Below, in pieces: positions 45,808 through 55,621 of a DNA stretch of 64,000 nt. The stretch is from Candidatus Calditenuaceae archaeon (GTDB lineage Archaea > Thermoproteota > Nitrososphaeria_A > Caldarchaeales > Calditenuaceae): positions 25,872-89,871 of the forward strand of contig JANXDI010000015.1 of NCBI GenBank assembly GCA_025059595.1. Reading direction: 5' to 3'. The translations under genes were made by a program, and so were the position numbers. Position 1 is the stretch's first letter, and each line of letters starts with the position of its first letter. The notes beneath the pieces are model-generated. The model made no database searches and was not told the DNA's origin. It was given only the letters and a program-made list of their open reading frames with translations.

Positions 45808-46350
45808 TTGCACGGTAGATTTTTAATCGGTGTGACCGGCCCTCCGGGCTCAGGGAAGACGACCGCGGTTGAGCTTGCGGCCGAGATTCTCAGAAAGGAG
45901 GGGAGAGCCGTTGCGGGGATACTGACTAGGGAGGTTAGGCTCGCCGGGAAACGGATAGGGTTCGACATCATCGATATCGAGACCTCTCAGGCTGCGCCAC
46001 TCGCAAGGGAGTCAGCTGAGCTCGGGCCTCGGGTAGGGCGATACAGGGTCTATGTGGAGAACCTCGACGGATATGCTGTTGGCTTAGTTTCGAGGGCGAT
46101 TGAAAGCGGGGCCGTCGTGATCGTGGACGAGGTTGGGCCCATGGAGCTTATGAGCCCGAGGTTTCGAGACATTTTGAGGAGAGTCCTTAGTGAGGCGAGG
46201 GAGGGAATCTTAACGCTCCACTTTTTCTCAAGGGACCCACTTGTCGTGGAGATTAGGTCGGCTGTGGACAAGCTGATTACCCTCCGTCGGGGAGATGCGC
46301 GCAGGGCCGCTGATGAAGTCGCTAGGCTTCTCCTCAGAGGTGAGCGTTGA
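45808..46350 (+). CDS. Nucleoside-triphosphatase (THEP1/NTPase_1 family)
   Basis: TGPPGSGKTT, 'RIGF', 'RVGRY', 'DEVGPMEL'. Confidence 0.9.
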   Translation: MHGRFLIGVTGPPGSGKTTAVELAAEILRKEGRAVAGILTREVRLAGKRIGFDIIDIETSQAAPLARESAELGPRVGRYRVYVENLDGYAVGLVSRAIESGAVVIVDEVGPMELMSPRFRDILRRVLSEAREGILTLHFFSRDPLVVEIRSAVDKLITLRRGDARRAADEVARLLLRGER

Positions 46351-47542
46351 GTCCGTGGCTGCATTTTTTCCGCTCCCCTTCTCGACCAAGATTGTCAGAG
46401 AGGGCTTAGCTGAGCTGGTAGTTCCTGAGACAGGCGAGACGCAAGCCACTACTAGGCTGCCGGCCTTTTACAACCCACTTTCGAAGCCCTCCCGAGACCT
46501 AGCGGTCATCGTAACGGGAGCCTACTTCTCGGGGAGGGGCTGTAAGTTGGCCGCTGAGCCTCTCGCCGGGACGGGGGCCCGTATAATCAGGCTGCTTTTG
46601 GAGACCGGTGTCGTCTCGGAGGGCGTGGCTGGCGATATCTCAAAGTGGGCCGTAAGGATGGCTGAGATTAACGCTGAGAGGAACGGTCTATCCGGGAGGC
46701 TGAGGGTTGAACACATGGATGCCAATCTGCTTCTCTCCAAACTTGCTGTTACCGGTAGGGCCGAGTATGTGGATATAGACCCGTTCGGCTCGCCGGTCAG
46801 GTTTCTCGAAAATGGTTTCAGGGCCACAGAGAGGAGGGGGTTGATTGGAATCTCCGCAACCGACCTCGCAGCTCTGTCGGGCTCTTCGAGGAGGACAGCC
46901 CTATGGAAATATGGCCTAACGCTCTTCAAGACGAATTTCTTCAAGGAGACTGCAATTAGAGCCCTCGCGGGGGTCGCCGTTTCAACGGCCTCCCGGCTTA
47001 GCTTAGGAGCCGAGCCAGTCCTCGCACTCGCCTACAGGCACTTCATCAGAATATTCCTAAAGGTGGACAGGGGAAAAAGCAGGGCTTACCAAAAGAGAAC
47101 ACAGGTGAGATACCTGAAACACTGTAAAGAGTGCCTCAATACCTCTGTGTTAAACGACCTTACCGAATGGGAAGAGAGATGCAGTGTTTGCGCGAGCCCT
47201 AACGCCTTGCTCGGCCCTCTTTGGACGGGGAGACTAGCGGATGAGGGCCTCATCGAGAAAATACTTAGCTCAGGGTTCAGCTCAGACCCGACTTATAGCG
47301 AGGTGTTGAGGGTTGTGGGGCGGTTGGCCGAAGAGATTGAAGACGTCCCATGGTCATTTCAGCTTTCGGAGGTCTCGAGGCGGGCTAAGACCTCACCTCC
47401 CAAGACTCGACACGTCATAGAGAGGTTGAAAGAGGCGGGATACCGCGCCTCAATCACACACTTCGACGCAACCAGCATAAAGACAGACGCACCAGCAGAT
47501 GTCCTGACTAAGATTGTGGGCGAGCTCGCCCAAAAAGGTTGA
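46340..47542 (+). CDS. trm1: tRNA (guanine(26)-N2)-dimethyltransferase
   Basis: 'FYNP...SRD', 'DIDPFGSP', 'ATD', 'GPLWTG.L', 'THF....IKTDA'. Confidence 0.92.
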   Translation: MSVESVAAFFPLPFSTKIVREGLAELVVPETGETQATTRLPAFYNPLSKPSRDLAVIVTGAYFSGRGCKLAAEPLAGTGARIIRLLLETGVVSEGVAGDISKWAVRMAEINAERNGLSGRLRVEHMDANLLLSKLAVTGRAEYVDIDPFGSPVRFLENGFRATERRGLIGISATDLAALSGSSRRTALWKYGLTLFKTNFFKETAIRALAGVAVSTASRLSLGAEPVLALAYRHFIRIFLKVDRGKSRAYQKRTQVRYLKHCKECLNTSVLNDLTEWEERCSVCASPNALLGPLWTGRLADEGLIEKILSSGFSSDPTYSEVLRVVGRLAEEIEDVPWSFQLSEVSRRAKTSPPKTRHVIERLKEAGYRASITHFDATSIKTDAPADVLTKIVGELAQKG

Positions 47543-47569
47543 AATACGCACCCTCGATTTCCACAGGAT

Positions 47570-47920
47570 ATGGATGTCTGGTTTAAGGGGGTGTGGGATG
47601 AGCTCTTCCCCGGTGTCTATCGACGAATACTCGCACACGACTCGAACCTCATGCTGATGCTGGTCAGGATTGCGCCGGGAGCCGTTGTCCCCCAGCACAG
47701 TCACTTTCATCTTCAGGCGGGAGTGGTCTTGAGGGGCTCGCTGCTCTTCAGAACTGAGAGGGGTGAAGTTACTTTGAGGGAGGGTGATTCGTACCTCATA
47801 CATCCTTGGGAGCCTCACGAGGTTTTGAATATGGGGGAAGAGGCTATCGCCCTAGACGTTTTCACTCCTGCGAGGGATGATTATGCCAAGGCTGCTAAGA
47901 GGCCAGACATGTCTGTATAG
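47570..47920 (+). CDS. Cupin domain protein
   Basis: 'PQHSH..Q', 'GDSY.I...EPH', 'DVFTP.R.DY'. Confidence 0.85.
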   Translation: MDVWFKGVWDELFPGVYRRILAHDSNLMLMLVRIAPGAVVPQHSHFHLQAGVVLRGSLLFRTERGEVTLREGDSYLIHPWEPHEVLNMGEEAIALDVFTPARDDYAKAAKRPDMSV

Positions 47921-47927
47921 GGGCCAG

Positions 47928-48566
47928 TTACCGCTGCCTCTGCCTCAGCTGCTCTCTCACGTACAGGCGGCCAAGATAGAAAGACACGAAGAGGATGGCC
48001 GCGGCCACCCCTATTCTAAGAGGGTCTGGCACGAATCTAGATGGAGTCACTAGAAGTGAGAGGGCCGCTAGGGTTGGCGGTAATAGTATCAAGAGCGCTA
48101 TGAAGAAGATTGTCTCCACGAAGCCTCTGTCCGAGAGGAGGCGGGCGAGAGAGTTAGGCCAACTGTCCTTCACAGGCATCTCCATGATGGCCGCGCCACC
48201 CAACCCATAAACCTTAGTAGCTATTTCTCTGAAGAGTAGCGCGTCACTTGCCGCAAACCCATCTTCCCTCAACACACCTCGAATCACCCCATCCTTCACA
48301 ATCCTTATCTCAGGCGGAGAGGCGAAGAGGTCGAAGCCCCGAAGCTTGGCGACAAGTGAAGCCGACCTCACTACATTTTCATTTATCTTCAATTTCAGCT
48401 TCTCGTCAAAGTATCCGAGAAGCACAGGGTCTACTGAAACAACCCTGTTAATCGTTAGACCGCCATCCCTAAAAACAGGGAAAGAGGCCTGAATGTAGGC
48501 CAGGTCCTTACCTTCCTTGACACGTTGAAGGACCCAGTCAAGCGCCCTCTGAAACGTCTCGGACAA
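47928..48566 (-). CDS. Hypothetical protein with two C-terminal TM helices
   Basis: Soluble N-terminal domain followed by two hydrophobic segments. Confidence 0.65.
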   Translation of the reverse strand: MSETFQRALDWVLQRVKEGKDLAYIQASFPVFRDGGLTINRVVSVDPVLLGYFDEKLKLKINENVVRSASLVAKLRGFDLFASPPEIRIVKDGVIRGVLREDGFAASDALLFREIATKVYGLGGAAIMEMPVKDSWPNSLARLLSDRGFVETIFFIALLILLPPTLAALSLLVTPSRFVPDPLRIGVAAAILFVSFYLGRLYVREQLRQRQR

Positions 48567-48575
48567 GGCGCGAAA

Positions 48576-49319
48576 TCACGCTTTAGGCACGATTTGACCC
48601 TTATCCTGCTGAGCGATCTGTCCGCCCCCAAATATGTTGGCTGTTGGGAGGCTGACCGAGACCTTGACCTTATCACCGTCTGAGAGGCCGTACTTCCCTC
48701 GAAGGTAGACTGGTGAGATAATTTCAATAACATTGTCGCTGTAGTGTGTTCTCTCGATGTATAGGATGGCGCATAGGTCGGAGTTGTTGAAGGAGGCGAG
48801 AATCGCACGAGCACCTCCGTATGTCCGGTTCTTGTCCCTGAATCCTTCAATCACTATGTCGGCGTATTTGCTGACTAGCCTTCTATTCTGTATAGAGTCC
48901 CAAGACAGTAGGTTAATGTTGAGCGTCCCTGGGTAAGGGTCAAAGCCAAGCTTCTTCCTAATCTGCTCCCTGTACCATTGCAGAGAAATGTAGTAGGCTC
49001 CTTCACCCATGCCGCTAAAGACTCTACCCTCTAGAGCCACCTCGACCGGCCTCTCGATTATCCTCTTCAACTCCGTGTAGAGCTCTGAGAGGTCGTTAAG
49101 CGCCTTCTCAGTCAACCTCACGTAACACATGCGTCCTACCATACGCCTCTCAATAAACCCCTCCTTCTCCATCTTTATCATGATGCGGGAGGCTGACTGC
49201 TGCGAAGTGTTTAAGAATTTAGCAAGTGCGGGAGTTGTAACTTGAACACCATTACTGAAGCCATTCCTCTCATAAAGATATAACAGGAGACGGAGCTGCA
49301 TCCTGTTAAGATTCATCAA
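48576..49319 (-). CDS. ribK: CTP-dependent riboflavin kinase with N-terminal HTH (RbkR-type)
   Basis: wHTH 'SQQSASR'; 'SGMGEGAYY', 'PYPGTLN', 'RTHY', 'LR...L.DGD'. Confidence 0.92.
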   Translation of the reverse strand: MMNLNRMQLRLLLYLYERNGFSNGVQVTTPALAKFLNTSQQSASRIMIKMEKEGFIERRMVGRMCYVRLTEKALNDLSELYTELKRIIERPVEVALEGRVFSGMGEGAYYISLQWYREQIRKKLGFDPYPGTLNINLLSWDSIQNRRLVSKYADIVIEGFRDKNRTYGGARAILASFNNSDLCAILYIERTHYSDNVIEIISPVYLRGKYGLSDGDKVKVSVSLPTANIFGGGQIAQQDKGQIVPKA

Positions 49320-49392
49320 ATATTACGGCGTTATACCACCTCATTAATCTATTCCTAACTTAAGAAGCCAAACACCCCACGAGACGGGAGGG

Positions 49393-50001
49393 TCAGAACT
49401 GAATCGTCTCCATCCTGATAACGCCGGACCTTCCGATAACCATGATGTCTATTCCGTTACCGCTCGCCGCGTCCCTAGTGGCTCCGGCCTTAACCGCCTT
49501 GATGGCCAGCTCGCTAATCTCCTCGAAGGAGGCCCCTGGCTTGAACCATGTCTCCAGCACACCGGCGGCTATCTCGGCCCCGCTTCCCACCGCCGTGAAA
49601 TCATCCTCTATGATTGAGCCGAGTGGGTCTAGGACGTAGATGTGGGGGCCGGTTGAGTCGACTCCGCCGACTATCGTCTCGGTGAAGTAGGGGAAGAGTC
49701 GGTTTCCGAAGAGGTAGTTAGAGAGGACTTTCGCGACTGTGTTGACGCTTGGAAGCCTTCCGTGATCGAGCATGTAGAGGTTTATGAGGGCTTTCGCCTC
49801 TCTTATGAGCCCCTGCATGTCAGAGACAAGTCCGGCGCAGGCGGCGCCTGAGTTCTTGGTGAGCTGAAAAACTTTCTGAGCATTTTTCGAGACGACGAAG
49901 TTTCCGTATGAGAGCCTCTTCTCGGAGGCTAAGACGACACCCTCGGCCCCTTTAATCCCAACAGTGGTCGCCCCGGGAATAATGTAGTAGCCCTGCTGCA
50001 C
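49393..50001 (-). CDS. psmB: Proteasome subunit beta (probably the non-catalytic paralogue)
   Basis: 'GATTVG', 'LASEKR', 'AGLVSD', 'DPLGS', 'GSG', 'RDAASG'. Confidence 0.92.
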   Translation of the reverse strand: MQQGYYIIPGATTVGIKGAEGVVLASEKRLSYGNFVVSKNAQKVFQLTKNSGAACAGLVSDMQGLIREAKALINLYMLDHGRLPSVNTVAKVLSNYLFGNRLFPYFTETIVGGVDSTGPHIYVLDPLGSIIEDDFTAVGSGAEIAAGVLETWFKPGASFEEISELAIKAVKAGATRDAASGNGIDIMVIGRSGVIRMETIQF

Positions 50002-50107
50002 GGAGATTCAAAGTCTGCCCAACTTTTTAACCATTCCCCAGGACGACTCGACACAACTGGACTCCGTGGAGCCACATTTATTTACCGCGGCTCCAAAAAC
50101 CATATGG

Positions 50108-50596
50108 ATGTCTCAGCAGGAGTTAAGGCTAATCGTCCGTCTGCTCAACGTCGACTTAGATGGGGGAAAGAAGCTACCCTACGCCTTAGCCGGGATTAAA
50201 GGCGTTGGAATACCTTTTGGATATGCTGTTGCGCGGGCTTTGAACATCGACCCAGATATTAGGCTTGGGCAGCTGACCGACCAGCAGCTGGCCGCGATAG
50301 AGGATGTGATAAAGAACCCGGGAAAACACGGTATCCCGTCTTGGATGTATAACAGGAGGCGAGACCCCGTGACAGGTCGAGACCTCCATCTCACCGGAGC
50401 AGACCTCGACCTTGCGATTAAGGAGGATATTCAGAGGGAGATGAGGATTAAGTCTTGGAGGGGTGTGCGTCACGCACTTGGACTCAAGGTTAGGGGGCAG
50501 AGGACGAGGACCACGGGTAGGAAGACCGGCCCTGTGGGTGTTGTGAGGAGGGCCGCTGAGGCGGCTGCGAAGGAGAAGGAGGCTTCTAAGAAGTAG
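50108..50596 (+). CDS. rps13: 30S ribosomal protein S13
   Basis: 'IKGVG', 'WMYNRRRDPVTG', 'SWRGVRH..GLKVRGQRTRTTGR'. Confidence 0.96.
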   Translation: MSQQELRLIVRLLNVDLDGGKKLPYALAGIKGVGIPFGYAVARALNIDPDIRLGQLTDQQLAAIEDVIKNPGKHGIPSWMYNRRRDPVTGRDLHLTGADLDLAIKEDIQREMRIKSWRGVRHALGLKVRGQRTRTTGRKTGPVGVVRRAAEAAAKEKEASKK

Positions 50597-50598
50597 CT

Positions 50599-51723
50599 CT
50601 ATCTCTTCTCAAACGTATTTCTCGCGAGCGAGGCGCCCTCCACGAGACTCTTCTCCTTCTTGAAGGCGACCTCCCACCTCCTTGTCCTGAGACCGCAGTC
50701 GTTGCAGGCTATGACTAGCGAAGGGTCGTCGAGCAGTTTTGCAGAATAGAGTAGCCTATCCTTCACGAGCTCAGGTGGCTCTATAAAATCGGTGTGCACG
50801 TCAATCACGCCGGGCGCGACAGCGAAGCCCTGTGAGTGCTCTTTGAAGAGTTTGAGAATCTCATAGCCCCTCCTTTCACCCGGCCCTTGACCTGGTTTCA
50901 CAGTATCCCTGTTTGCGCACTCAATGGAGAGTTCGTGTGTCTTGGCCTCGAGAATGTGGGGGAAGAGCAGGTTGTAGTCGCTGTAGCAGATATGTATTGT
51001 GAATCGGGCGTTCACACCTTTTACAAGCTCGTTGAATGCCTCTACAAAGAGACCGACCTCCTCGGGTTTGGTTGTCGCCGCAGGCTCATCGATCTGAATC
51101 CTATCAGCACCTCTCTCGACGAGGGATAGAACTGCCGGCCTAACAACCTCTCGCGCAAAATCGAAGACCATCTCCCTCTTTGCCTCCCTCTTTCTATTGA
51201 CAAGCCCCCGTGATGCGTCTGCTCTCGCGATGTAGTATTCATCGAAGCTCCATTCTGCGAGCGTGTAGGGGCCGGTGAGGGGAATTTTAATCTGCTTACG
51301 CGCGTGCCTCTTGACAAAGAGGAATTCGGGGACGTAGCTGTTTTCGGCAAGGCTTGGCTTAGACTTTATGGCGGCCTTATTGTATGTCTCCGCATCCCAT
51401 ACCTTTACTTTGCCGAGGAACTCTACACCTCTCACCTGTCTCAGAGCATGCTCATACATCTCAATTCTCCTCTGCTCGCCGTCGTAAACTACGTCGAGAC
51501 CAGCGGTCTCGTGAAGACGGATTCCGTAGAGAGAGGCCCAATCCCTCAGCTCCTCAGACGAGCACTCGCCACGCCTCAGCCTCTGAACAAACTCCTCGAA
51601 CTCCACCACGCCGAGCATCCTCCCCCAATACCACGCCTCCGAGACAGCCTTCTCATCGAGCCTCTTCCTCAGAAAGGGAGCCCTCATGAGGCTCCCAACC
51701 TCCTGCGTAGGGAAGAGACTCAT
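50599..51723 (-). CDS. metE: Cobalamin-independent methionine synthase, catalytic (C-terminal) subunit
   Basis: 'TQEVGSL', 'DGEQRR', 'TGPYTL', 'QIDEPA', Zn ligands HIC/E/'DCGLR'. Confidence 0.88.
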   Translation of the reverse strand: MSLFPTQEVGSLMRAPFLRKRLDEKAVSEAWYWGRMLGVVEFEEFVQRLRRGECSSEELRDWASLYGIRLHETAGLDVVYDGEQRRIEMYEHALRQVRGVEFLGKVKVWDAETYNKAAIKSKPSLAENSYVPEFLFVKRHARKQIKIPLTGPYTLAEWSFDEYYIARADASRGLVNRKREAKREMVFDFAREVVRPAVLSLVERGADRIQIDEPAATTKPEEVGLFVEAFNELVKGVNARFTIHICYSDYNLLFPHILEAKTHELSIECANRDTVKPGQGPGERRGYEILKLFKEHSQGFAVAPGVIDVHTDFIEPPELVKDRLLYSAKLLDDPSLVIACNDCGLRTRRWEVAFKKEKSLVEGASLARNTFEKR

Positions 51724-52685
51724 GATGCTTCACCCCGCAATGCCTGAAATGCGGCTGCGAGCCTCTCAACCTTTTTGTCTGCAACGCGTCTCGGCAAATA
51801 TTCGAGATCAGCGTTAGTGGTCATGTGGTAGGATTTGGCCTCAATCCGCGCGGCGGTGCTGGTCAACGCGGCCCTTATCTCTTCTACGCTCTCGACGTAG
51901 CTGTTTCTAGCGTCCATGCATCCTAGGGCAAGAGACCCGCTAAAAGAGAAGCCCTCAATTCCCTTGAGCTCGGTGGTGAAGAGGTCGACACCGACCACAT
52001 CCACATCCGCGTCAAGTATCCATGGAAATGCGGTAGAGGCGTCGTAAAAGAAGATATGAACCATGAGAATGCCTTTAAACCCCTTCTTAACCACTTTTAG
52101 GGCTTCCTTAATGGTCTCCACCTCGTCCGGGCTGAGTCTCTTCTCTGCGAGGGATGGTGCGCTCAGCTGGAGCATGGTGGGGGTAGAGTCGCCGAGAGAC
52201 TTTAAGTCTTCTGCCACTATCTCCGCAAAGTCGAGTACTAAGTCATCCCATTTGCTATAGGATTGGTTTTGCGAGAGGCGGTAGAATGTGTAGGGCTCAG
52301 GGAGTATCAACTTCCAGTTTAACCCCCTCACTAAATCTGTAAAGACGTATTTGTCGAGAATGCTTGAAGTCCTCAATAAATTTGCGCTAATTATGGGTCT
52401 TCTGAAGAAGAGGTTGTTGTCAAACCAGCGGGATAGGGGCCCCGGTGTCGCGCCTTCGAGGAGCTCAGCGAATGGTCGGAGCAGGTCGTGCCAAAGGAGC
52501 TGACCCTCGACCGGAAATGTAATGCCGAGCCTTCTCTGCATCTCGATGAGGGCTGAAGCCTCTCTTCTTGCCAGGGCGACGACATTCTCTTTCGACTCCC
52601 TCCCCTCAGCCAGCCTCCTGAAAGCTCCAATCAACTCCTCAGACCTCGGCATCACACCACCAACATGACAAGCCTCCAGACGCAA
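51720..52685 (-). CDS. MetE N-terminal-like subunit of a split methionine synthase
   Basis: 'PRSEEL', 'GQLLWHD', 'RWFDNNLFFRRP', 'DARN..VE', 'LEYLP...A..K'; no Zn ligands. Confidence 0.82.
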   Translation of the reverse strand: MRLEACHVGGVMPRSEELIGAFRRLAEGRESKENVVALARREASALIEMQRRLGITFPVEGQLLWHDLLRPFAELLEGATPGPLSRWFDNNLFFRRPIISANLLRTSSILDKYVFTDLVRGLNWKLILPEPYTFYRLSQNQSYSKWDDLVLDFAEIVAEDLKSLGDSTPTMLQLSAPSLAEKRLSPDEVETIKEALKVVKKGFKGILMVHIFFYDASTAFPWILDADVDVVGVDLFTTELKGIEGFSFSGSLALGCMDARNSYVESVEEIRAALTSTAARIEAKSYHMTTNADLEYLPRRVADKKVERLAAAFQALRGEAS

Positions 52686-52777
52686 CGCAAAATTAAACTA
52701 ACCAGAGCCGTTATAAAGACATCGCAGGATAAGTAATCCTCTTATCTCAGTCAGCCAACGATAGATGGTGCCGAGTC

Positions 52778-54238
52778 ATGCTTAGTGTTAAAAGAGACGT
52801 TGAAGCTTTTTATGCGAAGTGTAAGGAGGCGGCAGATTGTATTCGGGACGAAGTGGGTAGGGGGCTCGAGGTTTCCGTCACTGGTCACAACGATGCGGAT
52901 GGCCTCTCCTCGCTTGGCATCGTGGCTGGTGGCCTTCTTGACCTTGGAGCAAAATTCATCGCGAGAAGCGTCTTTAGGAGAGAGGAGTTCTTCGAGACGG
53001 CGGGCGAACATAGCGGCAAATTAATCATCTTGACAGACATGGGTGGGGGAAGCATAGGCGAGTTGATGGATGTCTTCAACGGAGAGAGGCTGGTTATCAT
53101 CGACCATCACCAGCCTGACCGGACAGAGATACCTGAAGGCTGGGTTCACGTCAACCCACATCTTCTCGGGATTGACGGGGAGTCTGAGGTTAGCGCTGCG
53201 GGAGTGGCGTATCTTGTAATGCGAAATATCGTGGCCGACGCCGAGAGATACGCGCCGCTCGCGGTTGTAGGGGGGCTCGGAGACCTCCAAGACAAGGGCG
53301 AGAAGAGGAGACTAGTCGGCCTTAACGAAAGTATAGTTGCCGACGCAGTGAATGGGATGCAACTCAGGGTTTTCGAGGACTTCATTCTCCACGGAAGGGG
53401 TAGTAGGCCAATACATCAAGCCCTAGCGGGCAGCCAGAGCCCGTACCTCCCAGGCCTAAGCGGAGACGAGGCGGCATGCCTGTCACTTCTCGTGGATGTG
53501 GGGATTGAAGTGCGTGCCGGAGACAAGTGGAGAACATTAGCCGACTTAGCGGAGGAGGAAAAGAGAACACTCTACAACGCTATCGTCTCCCACCTTGCCA
53601 AGAGCAACCAGCCCACGGAGATGGCGAGAGATTTGATTGGAACGGTTTATGAGTTAGTGAATGAGGATGCTTCGTCTGGACTCAGGGATGCGAGAGAGTA
53701 TTCCCAAATTCTGAATGCTTGCGGCAAAACAAACAACTCTTGGCTTGGAGTCTCCCTAGCCATGGGGTATAGGGGGTGGGTATTGAAGGAGGCTTGGCGC
53801 GTAATGGAGCAATACAGAGTGACACTGAAAAAAGGACTTGAGTCCGCCTCAAAAAACCTCGAGCAGATGTACAACATAGTGGTTCTCCGCGTGGGGCCAG
53901 ATATCGACATCCGGCATGTAAGCTCAGTCGCCTCAATTCTATCATCATCAAAAATAGTTCCCGATGATAAGCCGCTTGTAGTCTTGGGCCAAGAGGGGGG
54001 AATAGTCAAGGTCTCAGCCCGCGCCTCGCCCAGCCTAGTCGCAAGAGGTTTGAACCTAGGCACAGTGATGAGGGAGGCGGCAGCGAAATTCTCGGGCCGC
54101 GGGGGAGGCCACAGAATAGCCGCCGGCGCCGAAATACCTGCAGAGAGACTTACACTCTTTCTACTTGAGGCCGACAGACTAGTTGGAGAGGCTATAACCA
54201 AAGCAAAGACCCAAGTACCCCTCGGTGGGGACGCATGA
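52778..54238 (+). CDS. DHH/DHHA1 phosphoesterase (archaeal RecJ/Cdc45-like)
   Basis: HNDADG, DMG, IDHH, 'GDLQD', 'GGGH..AAG'. Confidence 0.9.
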   Translation: MLSVKRDVEAFYAKCKEAADCIRDEVGRGLEVSVTGHNDADGLSSLGIVAGGLLDLGAKFIARSVFRREEFFETAGEHSGKLIILTDMGGGSIGELMDVFNGERLVIIDHHQPDRTEIPEGWVHVNPHLLGIDGESEVSAAGVAYLVMRNIVADAERYAPLAVVGGLGDLQDKGEKRRLVGLNESIVADAVNGMQLRVFEDFILHGRGSRPIHQALAGSQSPYLPGLSGDEAACLSLLVDVGIEVRAGDKWRTLADLAEEEKRTLYNAIVSHLAKSNQPTEMARDLIGTVYELVNEDASSGLRDAREYSQILNACGKTNNSWLGVSLAMGYRGWVLKEAWRVMEQYRVTLKKGLESASKNLEQMYNIVVLRVGPDIDIRHVSSVASILSSSKIVPDDKPLVVLGQEGGIVKVSARASPSLVARGLNLGTVMREAAAKFSGRGGGHRIAAGAEIPAERLTLFLLEADRLVGEAITKAKTQVPLGGDA

Positions 54239-54510
54239 AGCACGAAGCCGTTCTTCGAATAAAGTTCTGCAGCCCAGCCGAGGCAGAACTCGCGAACCAC
54301 TCACTAGAACCCGATAATAAACCTCTACCCTCATATCTTAGGCTCGACGTGGAGCGGACGCAGGAGGAGCTCGTCTACAGGGTCTCCTGCATCGATAGGC
54401 CCATCCAGACCCTTCTCTCAACACTCGACGACATTATTCGGGCGCTCATACTAGTTGAGCCGATAGTCTGCGTCAAGCTTGGTGAGGAGAGGACTGAAAG
54501 GCAGGATTAG
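54235..54510 (+). CDS. pcc1: KEOPS complex subunit Pcc1
   Basis: 'SLEPDN', 'LLSTLDDII'; conserved position between the DHH gene and rps3ae. Confidence 0.8.
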   Translation: MKHEAVLRIKFCSPAEAELANHSLEPDNKPLPSYLRLDVERTQEELVYRVSCIDRPIQTLLSTLDDIIRALILVEPIVCVKLGEERTERQD

Positions 54511-54551
54511 GAGGACCAGCGTTAGCCTTAAAATGTTGTTAGGGGTGAAGG

Positions 54552-55172
54552 ATGTTGAAAGGGATGTCGTCGAAAAAACCTGCTGCGAAGGGCGTCAAGT
54601 CTGAATACATCATCAAGGCGCCACCATACTTTGCTGAGAGAATAATCGGCGTAACTTTCAGCGACAACCCATCTAAGCTCCTTAATAGAACGTTAACAGT
54701 CAGCCTATATGCGCTGACCGACGACCCTACAAAACAATACATACTGGTTAAGTTTCAGGTGGTGAATGTTGAGGGGAATGTCGCAAAGACAATTTATTAT
54801 GGACACGAATACGACAGAGAGTTTCTCAGAAGCCTTGTCAGACGTGGAACAAGCAAGATAGACGGATACTACAACGTCGAGACGATGGACGGTTATAGAT
54901 TGAGGCTCCAGTGCACGGTTTTCACCCATAACAGGGCGAGGTCAGGGAAAAGAGCCTCAATTTACCATATAATGAAGGAGATCGTAGAGTCGTCTGCTAA
55001 GAAGCTCGAGCTTGGTCAGTTGGCGCAAGAGGTTGTAGTTGGTAAGACGGCCTCCGACATTTACAACGCCGTAAAGAGGATATTGATTCCGCGCCACGTT
55101 GGTGTTGTAAAGTCTAAGGTCCTAGCGAAGCCCCTGACGACATTAACGGAGGAGAGGCCGGCCGCACAGTAG
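54552..55172 (+). CDS. rps3ae: 30S ribosomal protein S3Ae (eS1)
   Basis: 'APPYF', 'LRSLVRRGTSKID', 'T.DGY', 'VVKSKVL'. Confidence 0.92.
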   Translation: MLKGMSSKKPAAKGVKSEYIIKAPPYFAERIIGVTFSDNPSKLLNRTLTVSLYALTDDPTKQYILVKFQVVNVEGNVAKTIYYGHEYDREFLRSLVRRGTSKIDGYYNVETMDGYRLRLQCTVFTHNRARSGKRASIYHIMKEIVESSAKKLELGQLAQEVVVGKTASDIYNAVKRILIPRHVGVVKSKVLAKPLTTLTEERPAAQ

Positions 55173-55174
55173 CA

Positions 55175-55543
55175 TCACTCCTCCCCTGAAGCCTGCTGTC
55201 CCCTTTCTTCACCGCCTCTTCTCCGCAGATATGTTCGAAGGTAGTATCCATCCTCCCTTAATGGGCCGAAGCTTCTGACACCCTTCTCGCCAACCTGCTT
55301 CTTCAGGCTAGCCGACTCTTCCTCAGTAATCTCACCCCTCACCCTTAAAAAATCGATAACGCGTATCGCCTCCTCCTCCGTCGAGCACCTCATAATATAG
55401 TCCTCTGGACGAGGCATGAACCCCCTGAGAGGTTCCACATCCTCAGCCCCCTTCTCATACTCCGCAGCCGCTCGAGCGTGGTCAATTTCCTCGGAGAGGG
55501 CCGGGAACATCTTCTTGAAGTCGCGCTTGTCCCATTGAATCAC
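55175..55543 (-). CDS. DUF2095 family protein
   Basis: 'FKKMFPAL..EI', 'DYI.RC.T.EEA..VI..L...GEI', 'GVRSFG..R..GYY'. Confidence 0.78.
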   Translation of the reverse strand: MIQWDKRDFKKMFPALSEEIDHARAAAEYEKGAEDVEPLRGFMPRPEDYIMRCSTEEEAIRVIDFLRVRGEITEEESASLKKQVGEKGVRSFGPLREDGYYLRTYLRRRGGEERGQQASGEE

Positions 55544-55621
55544 GATGTCCCCGCGATTTTCTGTTATATCCCTGTATATAAGGAGAGGGGCCAGCCCACC
55601 GTTGAAGATGCTTTAGCTTTT

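Noticed and set aside
55563-55582. ModE operator-like inverted repeat TTATAT-N6-ATATAA
   Set aside because: It lies downstream of the mod operon and coincides with the expected TATA box of the DUF2095 gene; spacing differs from the recalled ModE consensus.
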